24,000 nucleotides of DNA from an uncultured Aliarcobacter sp. GTDB lineage: Bacteria > Campylobacterota > Campylobacteria > Campylobacterales > Arcobacteraceae. Below the pieces are notes generated by a model, which ran no database searches, was not told where the DNA came from, and was given only the letters and a program-made list of their open reading frames with translations. Numbering within the stretch: position 1 is the first letter of the stretch; every line of letters starts with the position of its first letter. This document shows positions 1 through 8,827 of the stretch, one piece after another. The translations under genes were made by a program, and so were the position numbers. The stretch lies in the NCBI GenBank assembly GCA_963677205.1, contig OY781917.1; one strand, given 5' to 3'.

Positions 1-1855
1 TAATTTCCATACCTTCACTTAATTTTGCTTGGTCTAATAAAATCCAAGAAACATCTTCGATTGTTGATTCATCAGGGCAACCGTTTAGTTTTTTTACGAT
101 TTCATGCTCTGGGTTGATTTCTAAGATTGGAGCTGATTCTGGCATAGCCTGTCCCATTTGTCTGAACATATGAGCCATTGCTGCCATTTGTGCATCTGCT
201 GCATCTTTTACAACGCAAGATGGTGATTCAGAAAGTCTATTTGTAACTTTTACATCTTTAACTGCATCACCTAATTTATCTTTAATTTTCTTAGTTATTG
301 ATTCAAATTTTGTTTCAACTTCTTTTTTCTCTTCTTCACTTTGCTCAACTTTTGGAGGTTCACAAGCTGTGATGTCTTTGAATTCCCACTCTTTATATGC
401 ACCAATTGCAGGAGTGATAATTTCATCGATTTCTTTATCATCTAAGATTAAAACTTCAATGTTATTTTTATTATAAGACTCTAATAATGGAGAACTTCTT
501 AATATTTTTTCATTATCACCAACGATATAGAAAATTGCTTTTTGTTCACTATCAGCTCTTTCTTTATATGCTTCTAATGAAGTCATTTTTCCAGCTTCAG
601 TTTTTGATGATTTATATCTTAATAACTCTAAAATAGCCTCTTTATTTGTATAATCTTGATATACACCCTCTTTTAAAGGTCTGATATATTGAGCTACAAA
701 CTCAGCATATTTTTCTTCATCTTTAGATAATTTTTTGATTTCAGCAAGGATTTTTTTCACGCTTCCTTGTTTGATGTTTGCTAAGATTCTATTTTCTTGT
801 AAAATTTCTCTTGAAACATTTAAAGGTAAATCTTCAGAATCAATAATTCCTCTTACAAATCTTAAGTAAGTTGGTAATAACTCTTTTTCATCATCTGTGA
901 TAAATACTCTTTTAACATACAGTTTAACACCACTCTGGAAATCTGCTCTATACATATCCATAGGTGCAGTTTTTGGGATGTAGAAAAGTGTTGTATATTC
1001 GTTTACACCCTCTGTTTTAGTGTGAATCGTAAGCATTGGCTCTGATGAGTCATGAGAAATTGATTTATAAAATTGATTATAATCTTCTTCTTTTAATTTT
1101 GCTTTTGGTTGCATCCATAAAGCTGTTGCTTCATTGATTTTTTCGTGTTTTCTCTCTAGAGTTTTTGCTGGTTCTTTTCCTGCTTTTTTATCTTCTTCAC
1201 TTAAAGTTTCTGTTACTTCTTCACTGTAATTTAAGAAAATTGGATATGCAATATGGTTTGAATATTTTCCAACGATATTTTTGATTCTATGTTTAGATGC
1301 GAACTCACTTGCTTCTTCATCTTTTAATTTGATATAAATAACAGTTCCATTTGATTCTTTAATTGCAGTTGTTAAATCAAACTCACCTGTTCCATCACTT
1401 GTCCATTTATAAGCAGTTTCTTCACCAGCTTTTTTAGTGATAACATCTACTTTGTTTGCTACCATAAATACTGAATAAAAACCAACCCCAAATTGACCGA
1501 TTAAGTTTGAATCTTTTTTTGCATCACCAGTTAAATTTTCAACAAATGATTTTGTACCTGATTTTGCAATTGTTCCAATTGAAGCTATTAAATCAGCTTC
1601 ATTCATACCAATACCATTATCTGAAATAGTTAAAGATTTATCAGCTTCGTCAAAAGAAACGTTAATTTCACCTTTCCAATCTGCAAATTTGTCTTTTAGA
1701 TTTTCATCTGTTAATCTTAAATAGTTTAATTTATCGATTGCATCACTTGAATTTGATACAAGTTCTCTTATAAAAATCTCTTTATTTGAGTATAAAGAGT
1801 GTGTCATTAAATGTAATAATTGTCCTACTTCTGTCTGAAATTGATGTTTTGCCAT
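1..1855 (-). CDS. htpG: Molecular chaperone HtpG (Hsp90 family); 3' end runs off the left window edge
   Basis: Absent from the ORF track because there is no stop inside the window. Hand translation of the reverse strand from ATG 1855-1853 gives MAKHQFQTEVGQLLHLMTHSLYSNKEIFIRELVSNSSD, the GHKL ATPase N-terminus of HtpG. An internal NLIGQFGVGFYS motif lies around 1470-1505, and the frame stays open to the edge, ending ...DQAKLSEGMEI. AGGAGA RBS at 1867-1862. Confidence 0.95.
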   Translation of the reverse strand, partial: MAKHQFQTEVGQLLHLMTHSLYSNKEIFIRELVSNSSDAIDKLNYLRLTDENLKDKFADWKGEINVSFDEADKSLTISDNGIGMNEADLIASIGTIAKSGTKSFVENLTGDAKKDSNLIGQFGVGFYSVFMVANKVDVITKKAGEETAYKWTSDGTGEFDLTTAIKESNGTVIYIKLKDEEASEFASKHRIKNIVGKYSNHIAYPIFLNYSEEVTETLSEEDKKAGKEPAKTLERKHEKINEATALWMQPKAKLKEEDYNQFYKSISHDSSEPMLTIHTKTEGVNEYTTLFYIPKTAPMDMYRADFQSGVKLYVKRVFITDDEKELLPTYLRFVRGIIDSEDLPLNVSREILQENRILANIKQGSVKKILAEIKKLSKDEEKYAEFVAQYIRPLKEGVYQDYTNKEAILELLRYKSSKTEAGKMTSLEAYKERADSEQKAIFYIVGDNEKILRSSPLLESYNKNNIEVLILDDKEIDEIITPAIGAYKEWEFKDITACEPPKVEQSEEEKKEVETKFESITKKIKDKLGDAVKDVKVTNRLSESPSCVVKDAADAQMAAMAHMFRQMGQAMPESAPILEINPEHEIVKKLNGCPDESTIEDVSWILLDQAKLSEGMEI

Positions 1856-1937
1856 GTCATTTCTCCTATAATTTATTTAATTTTAGAAGAGAATTTTATC
1901 GCAACTTTATAAAAGTAAGCTAAAGTTTTTATTAAAA

Positions 1938-1964
1938 CTAGCACTTTTTTGCATTGAGTGCTAA
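1938..1964. promoter_or_regulatory. CIRCE-like inverted repeat (candidate HrcA operator) in the htpG / 2025-ORF divergent region
   Basis: CTAGCACTT-N9-GAGTGCTAA compared with the CIRCE consensus TTAGCACTC-N9-GAGTGCTAA. The right half is 9/9, the left half 7/9, and the spacer is exactly 9 nt. It lies 83 nt upstream of the htpG ATG and 61 nt upstream of the 2025 ATG. Confidence 0.6.
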
Positions 1965-2024
1965 TTTAACTAAAAAAAAGTTCAAAAAAGATAAACTCTG
2001 CTTTTAAAATTAAGGATTAAAAAA

Positions 2025-3908
2025 ATGACAAAAGAGAATTTTTTAAACGACTTACAAAAAATATATGACTTCTTAAATGATGAAAAAACGCAAACTAATA
2101 AATTAATAGCTTTTCTTGAAAATGAAGAGTTTGATAAACTAGGACTCATAGATGATTTTGCGAAATCTCTAAACCTTGAAATGAGTAGTGATTTAAGATT
2201 TGCACTTGTTACAAGACTTGTGAATTTAAGGGATGATTCTTTAGTTCAAGTTCTAAAAAAACTTGAAAAAACTGAGCTTGAAATTATTGAACTTCAAGAA
2301 AAAGCCTATGATTTTGTAAAAGAGTATTGGCATGAAAAACATACAAAATTAATAGATTTAATAGTACAAAACAATCTTTTAACTCCTTTTTATCAAGAAA
2401 TTTTTATAGGTGTTTATAATGTTGGTCTTCAAATGACAGCATGGCAAACTTCTTGGACAGCACACATTATAAATGGTATTAATAAAGATTTAATGGCTAA
2501 GTTTGATGGAAAAGAAGAGAAAGTTATGAAATATTTAGAAGATGAAAAACTTCTAGATCTTGGACATAATGCTCAAATAGCTGATAGATGTTACTCTGCG
2601 CTAGTAAAAGATGGAAATAAATATACTTCAAAAGCATATATCAAAGCTTTCAAAAAAGAGACAACTGAAGTTGTTGATGCACTGGAAGAGTTTGCTGATA
2701 AACTAATCGAACTTGAAGATGAAATCTATAACCAAAAATGGGATTATGTTTTATATATTCAAGCTCTTATCAAAGCATTTAGTGAAGATAGAACTAATGA
2801 ATTAGTTTCAAAATGGGCAGATGTAGATAGAGCTTGGATGAAAATAAAAACTCCAATTCAAATTGGACATCCACTAGAATATTATGAAGACCACTTTAGA
2901 AAAGCCGTTGCACTTGAATGGGATATTAGACTTACAAATCCAAAATTTGCGCAAAATGACCATAGGGTAAATAAAATCAAATCGGCATTTGCCAAAATCT
3001 TTAATAGTTTTGAAGCAAATGAAACATACAAAAAGACTTATGATTTCTCTTTAAAATCACTAGATAAAGTGCAACTTTATGTTGGACGACCAGCGCTATT
3101 TTTTGGAGCTGAGTTTAATGGAATGTTTTCAGCTCAAGTTGTTCCAAATGATGAAATCGTATCTTTAGAAGAAGGTAAAAAAATCTTTGCATTTTCAGAT
3201 GAGATTTTACAAACAAGCCGAGCAAAACCATTTTTAAAATTAAGTCGAGAGATTTTTGGGCAAGAGTTACTTACACGTGATAGAACTTTCCTTTTTAATG
3301 AAACAGCTTCTTGGCATCAAGTTTATGATATTAGCACTATTGGACATGAATATGGACATATTTTATGGTGTGATGATGAAACAGAATCAGTAATGAATAA
3401 AACTGGTAACTTTAAAAATATTGAAGAGTTCAAAGCAACAACAGGTGGATTAATTTCATATTTTTTAGACCAAGATACAGATGAACTTCACTTAAAATCA
3501 CAAGTTTTAATTGACCTTGTAAAAAGAAGTGTTGGATTAATTGGATGGATGGAAGTTGATGAAGTTCAACCATATTACTGTGAGGGATTAATTCATTTAA
3601 ATGGACTATTTGATACAGCTGTTTTAACTTGGGATAATGAAAATAAAAACTTATCAATTGATTTAAGTGATGAAAAATATGAAGCGTTAAAAGCTTGGTA
3701 CATAAAAAATTACACAGCTTTAGCAAAACATTATCTTGATAAAAAAGATGCAACTGCATTTTTAAATAACTATGCTACAAAAACAGAAAAATATTTTATG
3801 CCAAATGATGAAAATATAAACTCATTTGTAAAATATTATTTCAAAAGATACCAAGATGTTGGGCAAGAGTTAGATACAGTTGATAAAAAAAGTAATTATA
3901 TAAAATGA
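2025..3908 (+). CDS. Hypothetical protein with a zinc-metallopeptidase-type HExxH motif (possible gluzincin; family not identified)
   Basis: 627-aa ORF with ATG at 2025 and an AAGGA RBS at 2012-2016. It contains TIGHEYGHILW followed about 22 residues later by NIEEFKATT. The position of HExxH...E at about 70% of the length resembles M3-type peptidases. I cannot assign a family from memory. Confidence 0.7.
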   Translation: MTKENFLNDLQKIYDFLNDEKTQTNKLIAFLENEEFDKLGLIDDFAKSLNLEMSSDLRFALVTRLVNLRDDSLVQVLKKLEKTELEIIELQEKAYDFVKEYWHEKHTKLIDLIVQNNLLTPFYQEIFIGVYNVGLQMTAWQTSWTAHIINGINKDLMAKFDGKEEKVMKYLEDEKLLDLGHNAQIADRCYSALVKDGNKYTSKAYIKAFKKETTEVVDALEEFADKLIELEDEIYNQKWDYVLYIQALIKAFSEDRTNELVSKWADVDRAWMKIKTPIQIGHPLEYYEDHFRKAVALEWDIRLTNPKFAQNDHRVNKIKSAFAKIFNSFEANETYKKTYDFSLKSLDKVQLYVGRPALFFGAEFNGMFSAQVVPNDEIVSLEEGKKIFAFSDEILQTSRAKPFLKLSREIFGQELLTRDRTFLFNETASWHQVYDISTIGHEYGHILWCDDETESVMNKTGNFKNIEEFKATTGGLISYFLDQDTDELHLKSQVLIDLVKRSVGLIGWMEVDEVQPYYCEGLIHLNGLFDTAVLTWDNENKNLSIDLSDEKYEALKAWYIKNYTALAKHYLDKKDATAFLNNYATKTEKYFMPNDENINSFVKYYFKRYQDVGQELDTVDKKSNYIK

Positions 3909-4144
3909 GTAAATGTGCATCTTTAATAAACCCAAAAGTTTGTCCTTTTTGTAAAAAAGAGAACTTATGTGAAGCGCATATTCCTAATAATAATTGTTGG
4001 TGTAATCATGTTGCAGTTCCAAAAGATTTAAGGGCTTTAATTCCACAAGAGCTACAAATGAAAGCTTGTATTTGTCAAAATTGTGTTTTGGCTTTTAAAG
4101 AAGATAAAGAAAAATTTATCACAGAATTAAATATATTAAAATAA
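3905..4144 (+). CDS. Cysteine-rich CWC-type small protein
   Basis: 79 aa with the pattern CPFC...C...CWC...CIC..C, which matches the Cys_rich_CWC family pattern as I remember it. Its start overlaps the upstream stop (ATGA at 3905-3908), implying translational coupling. Confidence 0.7.
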   Translation: MSKCASLINPKVCPFCKKENLCEAHIPNNNCWCNHVAVPKDLRALIPQELQMKACICQNCVLAFKEDKEKFITELNILK

Positions 4145-4159
4145 GAGATTTTCTCTTAT
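4141..4159. terminator. Short hairpin between convergent genes (possible bidirectional terminator)
   Basis: ATAAGAGA (4141-4148), TTT loop, TCTCTTAT (4152-4159). The 8-bp stem sits between the stop at 4142-4144 (+) and the stop at 4161-4163 (-), in T-rich flanks. Confidence 0.4.
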
Positions 4160-4160
4160 T

Positions 4161-4865
4161 TTATGTAGAAATAACCTCATTTAATTCCACACAATAAGCA
4201 CTAAGTTTTCCATATCCCTCTTTTGCATAACAACATCCAGTATCAACATCTATAAAGTGTTTTGTTAAATCAACCTCTTTTTGGATTGTATGTCCAAAAA
4301 TATTAAAAATTGGAACATCCTCTTTTGGCTCTTTTCTATTCCATAAAGCATACTCTTCAAAAACATCTTCTTTTTCATCTTTTAGATGCCAAACATTTGC
4401 CATTGAAGCGTGGGATACAACTATTGGTTTATCATTTTTAGAAGCTTTTAATTCTAAATACAAAGGTAAAGTTTCAAGCCATAAAATATCATCTAAAAGT
4501 TTTTGGAATTTTTCTTTATCTTCAAAGCAAACTAACTTTCCATCACTTTTATCCACATAAATAACTTCATAAGATAAAAGAGTTTGTTTTCCACCGTTGT
4601 TTATCCATCTATGATAATAAACCATTGAGGGAAGATTTGGGTAAGTTTGTTTAAATTCTGTAACATACTCTATCATCATTTTTTCATGATTTCCAAGAAC
4701 ACATAAGTGATTATTACTTTTTACAAAATCTATAACTTCCTTTGATTTTCTTCCCCTATCAACTAAATCTCCAACAAAAATAAGTTTTGAATCCTTTGGA
4801 AGTTTATCTACTAAAATTCGTAAACTATCAAACTCTCCATGAACATCACCTATTATATAAGTCAT
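4161..4865 (-). CDS. PPP-family metallophosphoesterase (Ser/Thr phosphatase or ApaH/PrpE-like)
   Basis: Carries the signature motifs GDVHG, GDLVDRG and GNHE, plus later VSHA and GHT. ATG at 4865-4863 is preceded by AAGGA. It lies 11 nt downstream of the preceding gene. Confidence 0.88.
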   Translation of the reverse strand: MTYIIGDVHGEFDSLRILVDKLPKDSKLIFVGDLVDRGRKSKEVIDFVKSNNHLCVLGNHEKMMIEYVTEFKQTYPNLPSMVYYHRWINNGGKQTLLSYEVIYVDKSDGKLVCFEDKEKFQKLLDDILWLETLPLYLELKASKNDKPIVVSHASMANVWHLKDEKEDVFEEYALWNRKEPKEDVPIFNIFGHTIQKEVDLTKHFIDVDTGCCYAKEGYGKLSAYCVELNEVIST

Positions 4866-4876
4866 TTAACAAATCC

Positions 4877-6166
4877 TTATTTTAACTTTGTATAAATATC
4901 TTCAACAAGATAAATATCTTTTAATAAAGTTAACAGTCCAGCTTTTATTTTTTCTGCATCTTGTTTTTGGAAAGTTCCTAGGTTTACTTTTTTGCCATCT
5001 TTTTGATTTACTATTAGCTCATTATTTACTATCTCAATATTTTCTATATTTTGATACCAAAAAACAGTTACCTCATCATTTTTTAGATTTACAAATCTAG
5101 CATGGGAATATTTTATATTTACATCAGGTTGTAAATCCCAAAAGTTAAAACTATAAACCACACCTTTTTCATACTCTTGTAAAATTTGATTTACAACCTC
5201 TTTTTCTTTGTAAACTTGAATATATGTCATAAAAGCAAATCTATATGCTTCTATATTTAAATCTTTAGTTTTTGAAGAATCTCTTTTATCAAGTTCATTA
5301 AATATGTCTATCACATAATTTAAATTTTGTGTAAAAGCATCTAATGAATATAAACTTTTTAGAGTATCAAATAACTCAATTTCACTTGTGTTTTCTAAAT
5401 CTTTGTTTAATAAAGATTTATATTTTTCCTCTTTTTCTTTTGCTTTTTTTTCATTTATATATTTTTCATATTCATCTTTATAAAACTCAATATCTTGGCT
5501 TAACCAATAGATATTATTTATACTATTTGAGAACCATAAAGGTTTTAAAATAAAATCATAAATTGTTAGTTCTTTATAAAGAGTTGGTGAGATATTATTT
5601 AATATATCCAAGAAGTTTTCATTATCTTTTAACTCATCAAAAATATCAGAAATAAAGAAATTTGAATAAAGAGTAACTATGTGTTTATTACTATCTTTTT
5701 GTTCAACTAAAAAGTATTTACCCTCTTTTTCATATAAAGAGTAAAATTGCTCATAAATTTGAAACTCTTTTATTAGTTTTTCATTTTGTAGATTTAAAGC
5801 TATTGCTTTTTTTGTATCAAATCGATATTTAAAACTATCATCAAATAATCCTAGTTTAAAAGAGATAAAATTTATTGCATTATTTAAAATCATTAAAGAA
5901 AAAATAACTAAAAGAAATTTCTTTGCATAATCCAAATATATTCTTCTATTTAACTCTTTTTGTTTTTTTAAAAGCTCTTTTTCTTCATCACTTACATCTG
6001 CTTTTTTATTAGGAAAAATGTAGAACCAAGAAAAACTAATGGTCATAAAAACTACCAGAAAAAAAAGAAAACCTTGCAAAGAGATAGGATTTAACTCTAA
6101 ACTTCTTTGCAAAATCGTCGCAACTCCACCTGAAACTAAAATTCTTAGAAAATTATTGTTTAACAT
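4877..6166 (-). CDS. Hypothetical membrane protein (three N-terminal hydrophobic helices, then a large Lys/Glu/Asn-rich soluble region)
   Basis: 429-aa ORF with ATG 6166-6164 and an AAGGA RBS, 9 nt downstream of the LetB-like gene. I recognise no domain. Confidence 0.75.
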   Translation of the reverse strand: MLNNNFLRILVSGGVATILQRSLELNPISLQGFLFFLVVFMTISFSWFYIFPNKKADVSDEEKELLKKQKELNRRIYLDYAKKFLLVIFSLMILNNAINFISFKLGLFDDSFKYRFDTKKAIALNLQNEKLIKEFQIYEQFYSLYEKEGKYFLVEQKDSNKHIVTLYSNFFISDIFDELKDNENFLDILNNISPTLYKELTIYDFILKPLWFSNSINNIYWLSQDIEFYKDEYEKYINEKKAKEKEEKYKSLLNKDLENTSEIELFDTLKSLYSLDAFTQNLNYVIDIFNELDKRDSSKTKDLNIEAYRFAFMTYIQVYKEKEVVNQILQEYEKGVVYSFNFWDLQPDVNIKYSHARFVNLKNDEVTVFWYQNIENIEIVNNELIVNQKDGKKVNLGTFQKQDAEKIKAGLLTLLKDIYLVEDIYTKLK

Positions 6167-6175
6167 ATCTTTTCC

Positions 6176-8827
6176 TTATTTTATACTAGGACTTATACTC
6201 TTCCAATCATCTCTTAATGTTTTTACTAAAGTAAATTTATCCTTTGGATTTGCAATCTCTCCATATTCATAAGGAGTAACAACTACTAATCCACCTTTTA
6301 ATAGACTTGTAAAAGTGTTTGATTCAACTTTTGAACCAGAGAAAATAGAGAATTTCATTTCAAATCCACTTATGTCATAAAACTCTGAATTTTTTCTAAT
6401 TAATTTTCTATATTTATCATAAATCAAACAATCAACAACAACTTTTGAGCCATCTTCACTTAAATCAATTTTACTTACTTTTCCTATTTGTACATTTTTA
6501 TAATAAACAGGTGAATCCACATTTACACTTGAAGCTGTTGGATCTTCTACTTTAAATACTGTTCCAAAATGTGAGCTTTCAACTGAGGGTTGATTTTCTG
6601 AACCTTCAAATCTTGTTTGAGGCATTGGGTTATCACTTTTAATAACTCCAATATTTACAGCCATTACAGTTGAACCAGCATTTGCTATTTCTTGAAGTGA
6701 AATTCTAGGTTTTTTTAGATAAAACAAAGTTCCCTCTTTAGCAATTGAAGCAAAATCACTATAAATTAAAGCTTTTACTTCAACTTGTTGTTTCTCATTT
6801 AATCTAACCTTTGTTACTTTCCCAATATTTACACCTTTGTAAGTAATTTGAGAGAAGTTTTCTTGTAAACCTTCCACATCATTAAAAACAATTGTAATGC
6901 TATTTGTTGAGTTTTTCATCTCATCTTCAGAAGCAAAGATTTTAGGTTTATCATACTCTATATTTGAATCTGTATCAAGTATTATTGAACCATTTAAAAG
7001 AGAAGAGAAGTTATCAACTTCAAATAAAACTCCACTAAGACTAGCTTTTAAATTTACAACACCTTTTTTATAGAATCTACTTTTATTTGTGATATATTTT
7101 TTAAAATCACTATAAATAAATAAAGATATTTTTGATTTTTTATCATCAAATTTTATATCTTTTACAAAACCTATCTCTTGATTTTTATACATTATTGCCA
7201 TATCAGGTTTTATTTCAAAGTCATTATTAAATTCAGCTTCTATTGTAAAACCATTGTTTGAAGCTCTTTTTAGTTTTTCTACATCTTTAAATGAACTATA
7301 AAGTTTAAACTCTTTATCTGAAAGTTTTGCACCCTCTTTTTTCTCAGCAATAAGTGCAATTGCACCATTTAACAGTGGCTCAACTCCTGAATAATTAATA
7401 TTTAGATTTAGATTTTTCATCTCTATTAGTTTTGAACTCATATCATAATAAAGGTTATTGTCATTTATTAAATCTTTATATTTTTCATCTATTAAAAGAG
7501 ATATTTTTACATTTTTTAAATCAGGAGTTAAAGCATAACTATCAACTTTTCCTATCTCAATATTTTTAAAATAAACCTTTGATTTTGTACTAATTGAGTT
7601 TAAATTTTCACTTAGAAGGTCTATTTTTATACTCAAATTACTTTTATTAATATCTTTTTTATTTATTGCAATAAAATCAGTTTTGAAATCACCTTTTTTA
7701 TACTCTAAAGATACAAAATTTCCTTTTACAATATTTCCTAGATTTTTAACTCCATCAAATGAAATAACTGGCTCTTCAACAAAAAACTTAGTCTTATTTG
7801 TTAATAAATATTTGTACTCTTCATACATAAATGCTTTTGTATTTAAACCATCTTTATTTAGTTTTACTTCTGTGATTTTTCCTATTTCGATACCTTTATA
7901 AATAATAGGAGTATTCTCTTCTATTCCATTTACATCATTAAAGTTTATAGTAAAGAACTCTTTATTTTTTAAATCATCTTTTTTTCCATATAAAATATAT
8001 GGCTCATCTTTTATGATTTTTTCATCCTCTTTATTTGGAGTAATAACTGTAATTCCCCCAACAATTGCAGAATATAAAGAACCTAACTCAATATTTAATC
8101 CACTTGCTCCATAAGTAACTTTTAAAGCTTCATTCATAAAAAATTTAGAACTTTTATTTACTAAATAGTTAAATTTATCATAAATATAGGCTGTAAAATA
8201 AACTTTTTCATATACAAACTCTTTTGCAATAACCTCACCAATTTGGAAGTTATTATAAAAAATAGGAGTTCCTATTTCCACATTATCTTTGTCATTTGCA
8301 ATTAAAGAGACATAATATCCATCATTTTCAAACTCATCATTTGGTTGTGTATCTAAACCACTAAAATAATCTTTATATTTTCCAGTGTTATACTCTTCTT
8401 GTGTTTTAAATTTTGGTGATAATTCAATTTTATATCCACTAATTAGAGTATTTAATCCTGAAATTTTTGTTAATGAAACTGTTGGTTTTTTTATCCAAAA
8501 TTGAGAACTTTCACTTGCTACATATTTTGCAACTTCATTATCCACTAAAATATTCACTTTTACACTTTTTAAATCTTCATGGATAGAGATTTTTGTAACT
8601 TTTCCAAGTTGTAAACCTTTGTATTCCAAAGGTGTAACGCCCTCTTTTAATCCTTCGGCACTTTTAAATACAACTGTAATATTTGTACCTTTTTTCATAT
8701 AAGATTCATAAGCAATCCAACCTAAAATTCCTAATATTATTAAAGGTAAAACCCAAATAAATGAAATTGATTTTTTATCTTCTATTTTAGGTTCATAAAC
8801 TTCTTGTTCTATTAATTCTTTACTCAT
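6176..8827 (-). CDS. Seven-MCE-domain intermembrane lipid-transport protein (LetB/YebT-like, PqiB family)
   Basis: N-terminal TM helix (ISFIWVLPLIILGILGWIAY). The MCE core motif recurs seven times at spacings of about 105-130 aa: LEYKGLQLGKV, IFYNNFQIGEV, IIYKGIEIGKI, VYFKNIEIGKV, IMYKNQEIGFV, ITYKGVNIGKV, VYYKNVQIGKV. The ORF-track start at 8848 is a TTG. I prefer ATG 8827-8825, which has an AAGGA RBS 9 nt upstream and makes an ATGAGTAA overlap with the upstream stop. Confidence 0.9.
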   Translation of the reverse strand: MSKELIEQEVYEPKIEDKKSISFIWVLPLIILGILGWIAYESYMKKGTNITVVFKSAEGLKEGVTPLEYKGLQLGKVTKISIHEDLKSVKVNILVDNEVAKYVASESSQFWIKKPTVSLTKISGLNTLISGYKIELSPKFKTQEEYNTGKYKDYFSGLDTQPNDEFENDGYYVSLIANDKDNVEIGTPIFYNNFQIGEVIAKEFVYEKVYFTAYIYDKFNYLVNKSSKFFMNEALKVTYGASGLNIELGSLYSAIVGGITVITPNKEDEKIIKDEPYILYGKKDDLKNKEFFTINFNDVNGIEENTPIIYKGIEIGKITEVKLNKDGLNTKAFMYEEYKYLLTNKTKFFVEEPVISFDGVKNLGNIVKGNFVSLEYKKGDFKTDFIAINKKDINKSNLSIKIDLLSENLNSISTKSKVYFKNIEIGKVDSYALTPDLKNVKISLLIDEKYKDLINDNNLYYDMSSKLIEMKNLNLNINYSGVEPLLNGAIALIAEKKEGAKLSDKEFKLYSSFKDVEKLKRASNNGFTIEAEFNNDFEIKPDMAIMYKNQEIGFVKDIKFDDKKSKISLFIYSDFKKYITNKSRFYKKGVVNLKASLSGVLFEVDNFSSLLNGSIILDTDSNIEYDKPKIFASEDEMKNSTNSITIVFNDVEGLQENFSQITYKGVNIGKVTKVRLNEKQQVEVKALIYSDFASIAKEGTLFYLKKPRISLQEIANAGSTVMAVNIGVIKSDNPMPQTRFEGSENQPSVESSHFGTVFKVEDPTASSVNVDSPVYYKNVQIGKVSKIDLSEDGSKVVVDCLIYDKYRKLIRKNSEFYDISGFEMKFSIFSGSKVESNTFTSLLKGGLVVVTPYEYGEIANPKDKFTLVKTLRDDWKSISPSIK

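Noticed and set aside
3430-3759. 109-aa minus-strand ORF inside the 627-aa HExxH gene
   Set aside because: It is fully antisense to a much longer, well-supported ORF. Its composition is Leu/His/Gln-rich and low in complexity, as expected from the reverse complement of AT-rich coding sequence. It has no RBS, so I treat it as a shadow ORF.
4888-6272. Plus-strand ORFs 4888-5100, 5344-5553 and 6039-6272
   Set aside because: All are antisense to the 429-aa membrane protein or the LetB-like gene. They are Leu/Phe-rich shadow frames with no start context.
7683-7901. 72-aa plus-strand ORF inside the LetB-like gene
   Set aside because: Antisense shadow ORF within a gene whose seven-fold MCE repeat structure validates the minus-strand frame.
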